DNA of 39,505 nt from an uncultured Candidatus Saccharibacteria bacterium. Its GTDB lineage: Bacteria > Patescibacteriota > Minisyncoccia > UBA6257 > Colwellbacteraceae. The notes under the pieces are model-generated. The model worked only from the letters and a program-made list of their open reading frames with translations, did not search any database and was not told the DNA's origin. The position numbers were made by a program, and so were the translations under genes. Where the stretch lies: the NCBI GenBank assembly GCA_964633405.1, contig CAZWFV010000002.1:1-39505 (forward strand), written 5' to 3'. Shown here one piece after another: positions 24,120-31,062 of this stretch (positions within the stretch are counted from its first letter, which is position 1; the number at the start of each line of letters is the position of its first letter).

Positions 24120-24545
24120 ATGAAAAGCATATATATTCTGACCATAGTCGCCGTTGTCTTGGCCGTAGTGATCCTTGCCTCATTCGCGATCTTTCCCGCG
24201 GCGAGGCAATCTTTCACTCCCCCGCCGAAAATGGGGACACTTGCAGGAAAAATGACCATAGGCCCGATTTGCCCGGTGGAACGCATCGGTCAACCGTGCA
24301 ATCCGACGCCGGAGATATACACCGCCCATGCGGTGTATATCTACAGGAATGATCACAGAACAGTCATCGATACGCTGTTCCCGGATGCCGATGGTCAATT
24401 CAATACCATGTTGCCGGTCGGAGATTATTGGGTTGACGTCACACATCAAGCTGTCGGCAGCGTGACCGGTGTCCCGGCCGAGACACACATAAGCGCGGAG
24501 GCTACCACCACGCTGAACATCAGTATAAATACGGGTATACGCTGA
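24120..24545 (+). CDS. secreted/anchored small beta-rich protein (141 aa), carboxypeptidase-regulatory-like
   Basis: An N-terminal TM (IYILTIVAVVLAVVILASFAIF) and a beta-sandwich-like C-terminus (GDYWVDVTHQAVGSVTGVPAETHISAEATTTLNISI). A TATATA box (24108-24113) lies 6 nt upstream of the ATG. Confidence 0.7.
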   Translation: MKSIYILTIVAVVLAVVILASFAIFPAARQSFTPPPKMGTLAGKMTIGPICPVERIGQPCNPTPEIYTAHAVYIYRNDHRTVIDTLFPDADGQFNTMLPVGDYWVDVTHQAVGSVTGVPAETHISAEATTTLNISINTGIR

Positions 24546-24564
24546 TTCCGTCGGCGGTGGCAAT

Positions 24565-24593
24565 GAAATCACCACCCATGGGGTGGTGATTTC
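24565..24593. terminator. 13-bp perfect hairpin between convergent genes
   Basis: GAAATCACCACCC 24565-24577 / GGGTGGTGATTTC 24581-24593 with a 3-nt loop. It lies between the stop at 24545 (+) and the cspA stop at 24620 (-). Confidence 0.7.
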
Positions 24594-24619
24594 TTCAGAA
24601 CAAACTTGATATAAGAGTT

Positions 24620-24817
24620 CTAGGCGCGGCTGACGTTCGTTGCTGCTGGGCCCTTCTCGGTATCAACGACATCGAAAGTAACGACATCGCCAACCTTGAG
24701 CTCATCGAACATGACACCTTTCAGCTCCTTGGAATGGAAAAACAGATCCTTTGCACCGCCTTCGCGAGCAATGAATCCAAATCCCTTATCCGTGAGCTTC
24801 TTGATAGTTCCTTGCAT
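24620..24817 (-). CDS. cspA: cold-shock protein (CSD, 65 aa)
   Basis: GTIKKLTDKGFGFI (RNP1) and DLFFHSKEL (RNP2-like). Confidence 0.95.
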   Translation of the reverse strand: MQGTIKKLTDKGFGFIAREGGAKDLFFHSKELKGVMFDELKVGDVVTFDVVDTEKGPAATNVSRA

Positions 24818-24873
24818 AAGGATTTAGCTTTTTAGAAACCCGACCTAGTCTCTTTGATTAGTCTTCTGGACGG

Positions 24874-24901
24874 ATTATACATATAATCGGAATTACATCA
24901 A
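24874..24901 (-). promoter_or_regulatory. cspA promoter
   Basis: On the minus strand: TTGATG (24901-24896), a 16-nt spacer, TATAAT (24879-24874). This leaves a 5' UTR of about 50 nt. Confidence 0.55.
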
Positions 24902-24941
24902 TATCTGACCAGATACCGCCAAATCGGGCTATAATTTTGGT

Positions 24942-25380
24942 ATGGACGTTAAGGATAAGGTGGCAGTAGTGACTGGAGCCTCTCAGGGCATAGGATTGGC
25001 CGTCGCCAGACTTGCTGGCCAAGCATGGGGCCAAGGTGGTATTGGCCGCCAGGTCGGCGGGATGATATTGAACATCAGTTCCAGGATCTCCAAGAGCTAT
25101 TTCCCGAATCTGGGCGCCCATGCCTCGACCAAGTATGCCCTTAACGCAATATCCCTGACCGCACGGCAGGAGCTGGCTGAGGACAATATTACCCGTCAGC
25201 GTGATGTATCCGAAGATGACCTCGACCAATTTCGGCAAGAATGCCATCAGGACCACCGAGTTTCAGGGTAACAGGCCGGGAGACCGTCCTCATATTGAGA
25301 CAGATACTCCCGAGCAAGTCGCAGAGAGTATAACTCGGCCTTATAAGTTCGGGGGAGCCGGAGGCTCAAATGTGACGTAA
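24942..25380 (+). pseudogene. short-chain dehydrogenase/reductase (SDR) pseudogene
   Basis: The N-terminal KVAVVTGASQGIGLAVAR is in frame 0. LLAKHGAKVVLAARS appears only in frame +1. The text then jumps straight to the active-site region (ILNISS...STKYALNAISLTARQEL), so about 100 codons are missing. The C-terminal VSVMYPKMTSTNFGKNAI...DTPEQVAESI is in a third frame. Confidence 0.75.
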
Positions 25381-25412
25381 GGATTAGTTTCGGCGGCATA
25401 CCCAAGCAAATT

Positions 25413-25442
25413 AAGAGGGCGGACTGATGCGTCTGCCCTCTT
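25413..25442. terminator. long hairpin between the SDR pseudogene and the zinc-finger ORF
   Basis: AAGAGGGC 25413-25420 / GCCCTCTT 25435-25442 with an inner GAC/GTC helix. The flanking U-tracts are weak. Confidence 0.4.
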
Positions 25443-25501
25443 GGTCGGGATCACCCCCCTTCTCTGGTATCAGTCGTTGTTTATCTCGCCTGACGTGAGA
25501 G

Positions 25502-25723
25502 TTATCGGATGATCAGGAGACCCCGCGCCTGAAGCGCTGGACTGGAAGTGAACTTCCGCATCCTTGGCACGGGAGGCAAAACGGTTGCAGTCATGACTGG
25601 TTTGTGTCCGTTTCCATCTCGCGGACTGTTGGGGCAGTTTACAGCCTGATGGTGGCGCTTGTGAGCTATATCCTCAAAAGCCTCACCACACTTGAAGTCG
25701 CATACGTAAGCTCTATTTGCCAT
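25502..25723 (-). CDS. small CCHH zinc-finger-like protein (73 aa)
   Basis: A strong SD, GAGGAGGG (25734-25727), lies 3 nt before the ATG. The N-terminus YVCDFKCGEAFEDIAHKRHH has C-x3-C-x8-H-x2-HH spacing. The C-terminal half is low complexity. Confidence 0.5.
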   Translation of the reverse strand: MANRAYVCDFKCGEAFEDIAHKRHHQAVNCPNSPRDGNGHKPVMTATVLPPVPRMRKFTSSPALQARGLLIIR

Positions 25724-25740
25724 CGGCCCTCCTCAGAACC

Positions 25741-26383
25741 GAAACTAAGGTACTGCAGTCTATGCTAGACCCCTACATTCCTTTTGGAAAAGCGGACTTG
25801 TTGATAAGTTTCCATCCCGGCATATACGGCAAGTAAGCTATGCGGTTTGACAGGCATCGTAGCCTAGTGTATCAAATTTATAAATCCGATCTTTAACAAT
25901 GATCTTGTGGGTGTAAGGCACCCTGTTTGCTATTACGGATTTGGGTCAAAGGTCGCTCGATAATAATCCGAGCCTAGGCTGAATCGCCAAGAGAAGCCAA
26001 GGCTTAAAAATGTGTCCAAGCTTACCAGCCGCCGCATCGTTGAATATGTCGACATACCGATTCCGTTGAAACATAGATTCTCCCTCAAATTGAGGCGCGG
26101 AGAGATACTCTCCGTCCAGGACGGTTCGTCCTCTACCCCGCCCCATCTTTGTCTATGGACCAGGACAGACGCTCCCATGTCCACTAGGAATCTCCTGTTG
26201 GCCGACAAGGGCTATCCCCCGTGGAAGACAGAGAAGGAATTCGCCTAGGACCCCATAGCTACCTTTTGGGGCTTCGGTAACTATCTCAGGAAAGAGAGTT
26301 CCAACCAGAACAGATTTGTGGTCCATCTCTTTGAGGAAGTTCCAGATAAACGGTCTTGAAAGGCTAGCGCTATATGATGACTT
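25741..26383. other. ORF-poor, hairpin-rich stretch (gene debris or non-coding RNA)
   Basis: Only short overlapping ORFs with alternative starts occur on both strands. Clustered small hairpins lie at 26083-26131. The stretch ends at two strong hairpins. Confidence 0.3.
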
Positions 26384-26411
26384 AAAATCCGCAGAATTGC
26401 CTGCGGATTTT
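26384..26411. terminator. bidirectional intrinsic terminator
   Basis: AAAATCCGCAG 26384-26394 / CTGCGGATTTT 26401-26411 with a 6-nt loop. An A-run and a T-run flank it. Confidence 0.65.
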
Positions 26412-26421
26412 TGGATGCTGA

Positions 26422-26460
26422 AAAAAGTAAGAGGAGGCCGGCAAACTCCGCTTACTTTTT
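26422..26460. terminator. second bidirectional terminator-like hairpin
   Basis: AAAAAGTAAG 26422-26431 / CTTACTTTTT 26451-26460 with an inner GGAG/CTCC helix. Confidence 0.55.
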
Positions 26461-26682
26461 CAGTAATAGCGGAGCAGGGTTGCTCCTCTACAGAGGGCGT
26501 CGTTTTCCTGGTTAAAGAACATTGTTTCACGGTGGTAAATGCCTCATGTGACGCGAGGATGACTCGGTACACAAGGGGGTGATTTAAAGCCACCCAAAGA
26601 CTGATCCACCGGTTTTTAACGACACCAGAGTGATTATCGACCTTCTGCATAAGTATGTCAATATTTGATATCAATAACAGCC

Positions 26683-26691
26683 TGGTATAGA
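26683..26691 (+). promoter_or_regulatory. extended -10 promoter TGGTATAGA
   Basis: TGnTATAGA lies 27 nt upstream of GTG 26719, preceded by the palindrome TTGATATCAA. Confidence 0.4.
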
Positions 26692-26718
26692 CCTAATACA
26701 GATCTTTGGAGGTGGATT

Positions 26719-26961
26719 GTGACGTTCGCCGACTTCTGCATCAGGAATCCCCCGCTCGGTCGGGAGATCATCCTGCAGAACGGCTGTTACTCCGTAACCA
26801 GACATTGGTTCCGAGGAGAAATACCCGGACTTGTGGAGTTCGGCCGTAGCCGCGTGATAGATGACGGCTGGCAGGGCAAAGAAACTACGGTAGACGTAAC
26901 TTCCTTGAAACCGCTGCGCACAATGGAGGTGCTGGCGGCCCAAAGTGAAACAGCAGATTGA
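26719..26961 (+). CDS. hypothetical small protein (80 aa, GTG start)
   Basis: GGAGG (26708-26712) lies 6 nt before GTG 26719. An extended -10 lies upstream and terminator 26990-27020 downstream. No family recognised. Confidence 0.45.
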   Translation: MTFADFCIRNPPLGREIILQNGCYSVTRHWFRGEIPGLVEFGRSRVIDDGWQGKETTVDVTSLKPLRTMEVLAAQSETAD

Positions 26962-26989
26962 CCATATTCCGCCGGCCACACACAACCTC

Positions 26990-27020
26990 GGAGGCGATTA
27001 CGAATCGCCTCCACGTTTTA
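26990..27020 (+). terminator. intrinsic terminator
   Basis: GGAGGCGATT 26990-26999 / AATCGCCTCC 27003-27012 with a 3-nt loop, followed by ACGTTTTA. Confidence 0.7.
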
Positions 27021-27042
27021 TATGAGCACGATTGTATTTAAG

Positions 27043-27066
27043 AGGCGGTTATCTTAACCGCCTTTT
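27043..27066. terminator. hairpin between convergent units
   Basis: AGGCGGTTA 27043-27051 / TAACCGCCT 27055-27063, followed by TTTAAA. It lies 21 nt from the stop of the YtxH-like gene. Confidence 0.55.
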
Positions 27067-27086
27067 AAACCTGTAATTTATATGAA

Positions 27087-27434
27087 TTACTTAAATTCCC
27101 TTCTTAGATGCTTCCAGGAAGATTGCACTTCTTTTAGCAAACGTGCAGTCTCGACCGCAGACATCTTCTTGCCTCTGCTGTAGCCGACCATAGCTTTCTT
27201 GAGGAACGCTTTGTATTCACGCTCGCTCATTCTCTTGGCCTTTCTCAACTTCGGGGCAACGTACCTGTAGAACTCGACCGACTGGCGTTTCGCATCGTGG
27301 GCCACCTCCCTACCTATCTTCTTGCCGGTTTTGGTCCCGGCGAAGATTCCGGCAGCTACGCCCAACGCTGCACCGATCAGGGCTCCTTCTATAAAATTAC
27401 CCCCCGATCTACCATTTATCTTTTTTACAGCCAT
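27087..27434 (-). CDS. YtxH domain-containing protein
   Basis: GALIGAALGVAAGIFAGTKTGKKIGRE is the YtxH glycine-zipper helix signature. Confidence 0.85.
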   Translation of the reverse strand: MAVKKINGRSGGNFIEGALIGAALGVAAGIFAGTKTGKKIGREVAHDAKRQSVEFYRYVAPKLRKAKRMSEREYKAFLKKAMVGYSRGKKMSAVETARLLKEVQSSWKHLRREFK

Positions 27435-27439
27435 AATTG

Positions 27440-27715
27440 CTATTCGTTGTTACGACCTTTCTTGATTACCGCCTTACGCAACGCTTTCCTGGTGAATAGC
27501 GACAATATAGGCGATCCGGACAGTCTATTCAACATTTCCTTTATCATATCCTCCGTTTCTTTGGAAGCAGAGGATATATTCTCGGAGATGTTGCGCAGAT
27601 TATGTGTGATCTTTACCAGTTCATAGGTAACTATGCCGAACAATATGCCCAGCGCTATTATCGCCAAGGACACAACTACGTAGAAGACGGTTTCAGCAAA
27701 AATCAACGCTCCCAT
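27440..27715 (-). CDS. DUF948 domain-containing membrane protein
   Basis: An N-terminal TM plus a coiled segment (THNLRNISENISSASKETEDMIKEML), the usual partner of YtxH. An extended -10 TGTTATATT (27730-27722) lies 6 nt upstream of the ATG. Confidence 0.85.
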   Translation of the reverse strand: MGALIFAETVFYVVVSLAIIALGILFGIVTYELVKITHNLRNISENISSASKETEDMIKEMLNRLSGSPILSLFTRKALRKAVIKKGRNNE

Positions 27716-27808
27716 GGGTTAAATATAACATAAAACCCCTTACGCATCTACGATTGTCAATGATTGCAACTTCACTATCCGTTAATTTAGACTTAGACTA
27801 TTCTGATT

Positions 27809-28876
27809 ATGGATACGGATAGATCATATACCAAGCTCAAGAAACTTAAGGCCTCCGGCAGCGAGGTTGAGTTCCAGGCCGAGATTCCCGTTGGGGTGCT
27901 GGAAAGGAACACCGCCAAGGCGCTGGTTGAGGTAAGTTCGACCTTCGAACTGCCGGGTTTCAGGAAAGGCAAGGCCCCCGAAGACGTAGTCAGGAAGCAT
28001 GTGGACAAAACCCATTTATTCGAAGACGCAGCCAACGAATCTCTTAAAGACGCCATAAGGGAAATAGTTAAGGATTCGGCTATATCTATAGTCGGATCGC
28101 CGGTAATATCCCTGGAGAAGATAGCCTTGGGTAGCCCCATAATATTCAGAGTCAAGCTCGCTCTATTCCCGGAAGTGAAGCTCCCTGATTATCGGTCTAT
28201 AGCCAAGAATATCTATGAGCGCAAGGACGACGTGGAGGTTACAGACAACGATCTTAGACTGGCCATCGAACGCATCCAGAGATCCTTTCTGCCCGGGGAA
28301 GAAAGGAAGAGTCCGGCTGCGTTGCCGGAGCTGACTGACGAATTCGTCAAAAAACTCGGGCCGTTTAAGAGCATCAGCGAGTTCAAGGACGAACTAAGAA
28401 AACAATTACAGGATGAAAAACTAGCTAAGGTTGAGGAGGTCAAGAAGGATGAAGTTGTCAGGGAGATAGTCAAAAATTCCAAACTGTCCATCCCTACCAT
28501 TCTTATAGACCAGGAACTGGAGCGGTTCAGGGTACAGCGCGACGCGAACCTCAAAGAGGCCGACCTCTCATTCGACAAGTACCTTAAGGAATCGGGCAAG
28601 ACAGCAGAATCACTGGCTAAGGAAGAGGCCGCTTTTATAGAGGAGCAGCTCAAATCGCAATTCGTAATCAATAGGATTCAGAGCACAGAAGGCATAGTGG
28701 CGACGGATCAGGAAATCGCCATGAACGCCGAGTTCTTAAAGTTCCGCCACCCCGACCGCAGCGAGAGTTATCTACATAATATGGCCGAGACGATGATTTT
28801 GAACAGAAAGACTTTCGACTTGCTTGAAGGAAAGTCACTTGCCGATAAGGCTACGGAAGTCGCAGGCGAGCACTAG
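27809..28876 (+). CDS. tig: trigger factor, short form lacking the PPIase domain (355 aa)
   Basis: The ribosome-binding signature PGFRKGKAP is in the N-domain. The N-domain joins directly to the C-terminal arm region (LTDEFVKKLG...IDQELERF). No FKBP-type segment is visible. Confidence 0.85.
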   Translation: MDTDRSYTKLKKLKASGSEVEFQAEIPVGVLERNTAKALVEVSSTFELPGFRKGKAPEDVVRKHVDKTHLFEDAANESLKDAIREIVKDSAISIVGSPVISLEKIALGSPIIFRVKLALFPEVKLPDYRSIAKNIYERKDDVEVTDNDLRLAIERIQRSFLPGEERKSPAALPELTDEFVKKLGPFKSISEFKDELRKQLQDEKLAKVEEVKKDEVVREIVKNSKLSIPTILIDQELERFRVQRDANLKEADLSFDKYLKESGKTAESLAKEEAAFIEEQLKSQFVINRIQSTEGIVATDQEIAMNAEFLKFRHPDRSESYLHNMAETMILNRKTFDLLEGKSLADKATEVAGEH

Positions 28877-28877
28877 G

Positions 28878-29585
28878 TTACCACTCTTTGATAGCCTTCT
28901 CCCAACGTTCCAGGTTGCCGCAGTCGTACCATCTAGCGTCATCGAACCTTACTCCGGCCAGCCTATTATCCTTAGCCAAAGTTGGGAATATGTCTTTCTC
29001 TACCATGACGAATTCCTGACCTGGGATTGAGTAGTCGATAATATCCGGACTGAGTACGTACAGACCGGAAGAAACGTAGGGTGAAGGCGGATTCTCCGGT
29101 TTCTCCAGGAATTCGATAATATAATTGCCTTTCATTATAGGGACTCCATACTCTTGCGGCCTATCCACCTTGACTAGAGCTATGGTAGCCAGAGGTTTCT
29201 TGATTTTGTGGAACGAGATCAGTTTAGACAGATCCAGATCCTTCAATTCATCGCCATTGGACAAGATGAAATCCTCGTCGCCAATCCAGTCCCTCAATTC
29301 GGGGACCATGCCGAAGGTGCCTCTGGGCACATCCTCAAAGAACAGATCTATACTGTTTGTGGGTACAGGCAGTTCCCTCCCCCACGCGTCCTTCCAGCGC
29401 ATAAAGTCTGACTCGTGCGACCGCGAGGCGATGAGAGCTATGTCGTCGACGCCATAGCGAGCGAAGAACTCTATTAGGTGGTTGACTATAGGCTTCTTTT
29501 TAACGGTAACCAACGGTTTCGGGATTTCGTATGTCACCGGCCGCAGACGGGTTCCCGCACCGCCGACCAGGATTATCGCTTTCAT
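28878..29585 (-). CDS. sugar-phosphate nucleotidyltransferase
   Basis: MKAIILVGGAGTRLRPVTYEIPKPLV is the canonical NTP-transferase G-loop. Confidence 0.9.
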   Translation of the reverse strand: MKAIILVGGAGTRLRPVTYEIPKPLVTVKKKPIVNHLIEFFARYGVDDIALIASRSHESDFMRWKDAWGRELPVPTNSIDLFFEDVPRGTFGMVPELRDWIGDEDFILSNGDELKDLDLSKLISFHKIKKPLATIALVKVDRPQEYGVPIMKGNYIIEFLEKPENPPSPYVSSGLYVLSPDIIDYSIPGQEFVMVEKDIFPTLAKDNRLAGVRFDDARWYDCGNLERWEKAIKEW

Positions 29586-29713
29586 CTAAAATATATGGGA
29601 ATATTCTACTAGATATGCCGCAGCTTATAAAGCAATTCTGGCCGCCGATAGCCTCGGTTTCATGTTTCGTAGTTTATTGATAGTATTTATGGGCATATGA
29701 GAACGCTTGAACA

Positions 29714-31060
29714 ATGAGCGTGTCCAGAATAAAAGCCTTAATACTCTGTTTGGGGGACATTTTACTGCTCTATCTTTCCCTAGGGGTCGCGCTGCTCGTA
29801 CGTTACAATATCCGCACTCGTCCGGCGTTTACCGACCTGCTCAACCGGCACCTTACCCCCTTCACGCTCATATTCATAATCTGGGTGATAGTTTTCTACC
29901 TGGCCGATATGTACGATCCCAAGAATTTCAAGAATAACCTGGGGTTCCTAAGGACATTCTTGACCGCATTGCTGATCAACGCCCTGCTGGCCGTCTTGTT
30001 CTTCTACGTATTTACTTTCTACGGCATATCGCCGAAAACAGTCCTATTCATAATATTGGTGGCATTCGCACTGATTGACTTGCCGTGGAGGTATCTATTC
30101 AACCGTTACAGCGGGACTGTGGGCACCAAGGAGAACGTAGTCCTCATCGTGCCCAAGAATGATCCGGAGATGGCCGCGGAACTTGTCGATTTTATAGAAA
30201 ACAACCCACAGTTGGGCTACGAGGTAAAGCTCCAGCTCAAGGAGGGCCAGAATTACGGCAGCCTGTCGGAGATAATTAGGAACAACGCCATAGACCTGAT
30301 AGTTATACCCAGGTATCTGCGGGAGAGATCCGACCTTTCCAAGGAGCTGTACCGCAATCTGTCCCTGGGCATAGGGGTGGTCAGCCTATCTGAGTTCTAT
30401 GAATCTATCTTCAAGAAAGTCCCGCTTTCCGAGCTGGAAGAAGCCTGGTTCATAGAGCATGTCGTGCACCGTCACCACTTCTTCGATTCGGTAAAAAGAC
30501 TGCTGGAGTTCGTGGGGGCGTTGGCGCTGCTGGTCGTTCTCTCCCCAATATTCCTGATCATAGCCATAATCGTAAAGGCATCCTCTAGGGGTTCGGCGAT
30601 ATACATGCAAACTAGGGTCGGCAGGAACGAGCTGCCCTTTACCCTCTATAAGTTCAGGACTATGGTGGTCGATGCCGAGAAGACTGGGCCGCAATGGTCC
30701 AACGGCAGCGAGGATTCTCGGGTGACCGGTTTCGGTAGATTTCTGCGGCGCAGCCACCTGGACGAACTACCTCAGCTGTTCAATATCCTAAAAGGAGACC
30801 TGCATTTCGTCGGTCCAAGACCGGAACGGCCAGAGTTTGTCGATCAATTGAAGGCCCAAGTCCCCTATTACGACATCCGTCACATTATCACCCCCGGCGT
30901 GACCGGTTGGGCTCAGATCAACTATCGTTACGGATCCTCGATTGAGGATGCGATAGAGAAGCTGCAGTACGAGATATATTATATGGAGAATCGGTCACTC
31001 ATCCTCGATCTGATAATCGCTGCCAAGACAGCCAAGAGGTTGTTTTTCAATCCGGAATAG
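29714..31060 (+). CDS. polyprenyl-phosphate glycosyl-1-phosphate transferase (WbaP/EPS-type bacterial sugar transferase)
   Basis: Four to five N-terminal TMs, a central linker domain, and a C-terminal catalytic domain (RVGRNELPFTLYKFRTM, DELPQLFNILKGDLHFVGPRPERPEF). Confidence 0.92.
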   Translation: MSVSRIKALILCLGDILLLYLSLGVALLVRYNIRTRPAFTDLLNRHLTPFTLIFIIWVIVFYLADMYDPKNFKNNLGFLRTFLTALLINALLAVLFFYVFTFYGISPKTVLFIILVAFALIDLPWRYLFNRYSGTVGTKENVVLIVPKNDPEMAAELVDFIENNPQLGYEVKLQLKEGQNYGSLSEIIRNNAIDLIVIPRYLRERSDLSKELYRNLSLGIGVVSLSEFYESIFKKVPLSELEEAWFIEHVVHRHHFFDSVKRLLEFVGALALLVVLSPIFLIIAIIVKASSRGSAIYMQTRVGRNELPFTLYKFRTMVVDAEKTGPQWSNGSEDSRVTGFGRFLRRSHLDELPQLFNILKGDLHFVGPRPERPEFVDQLKAQVPYYDIRHIITPGVTGWAQINYRYGSSIEDAIEKLQYEIYYMENRSLILDLIIAAKTAKRLFFNPE

Positions 31061-31062
31061 GT

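Noticed and set aside
26192-26215. The plus-strand translation LLLADKGY resembles the ADKGYDS motif of IS4/IS5-family DDE transposases, suggesting an IS remnant.
   Set aside because: It is a single short motif. The flanking translated sequence shows no other DDE transposase landmarks in any frame, and I found no terminal inverted repeats. Kept only as a hypothesis to test by blastx.
26531-26537. GGTGGTA resembles the T-box antiterminator core GGGUGGUACCGCG.
   Set aside because: There is no specifier stem I, no GA/k-turn motifs, no UGGN bulge context and no aminoacyl-tRNA synthetase or amino-acid gene downstream.
26153-26674. A 173-aa minus-strand ORF, the longest in the islet.
   Set aside because: It starts at a non-canonical ATT. 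It reads straight through both strong terminator hairpins (26422-26460 and 26384-26411). Its composition looks random and it has no SD or -10 signal.
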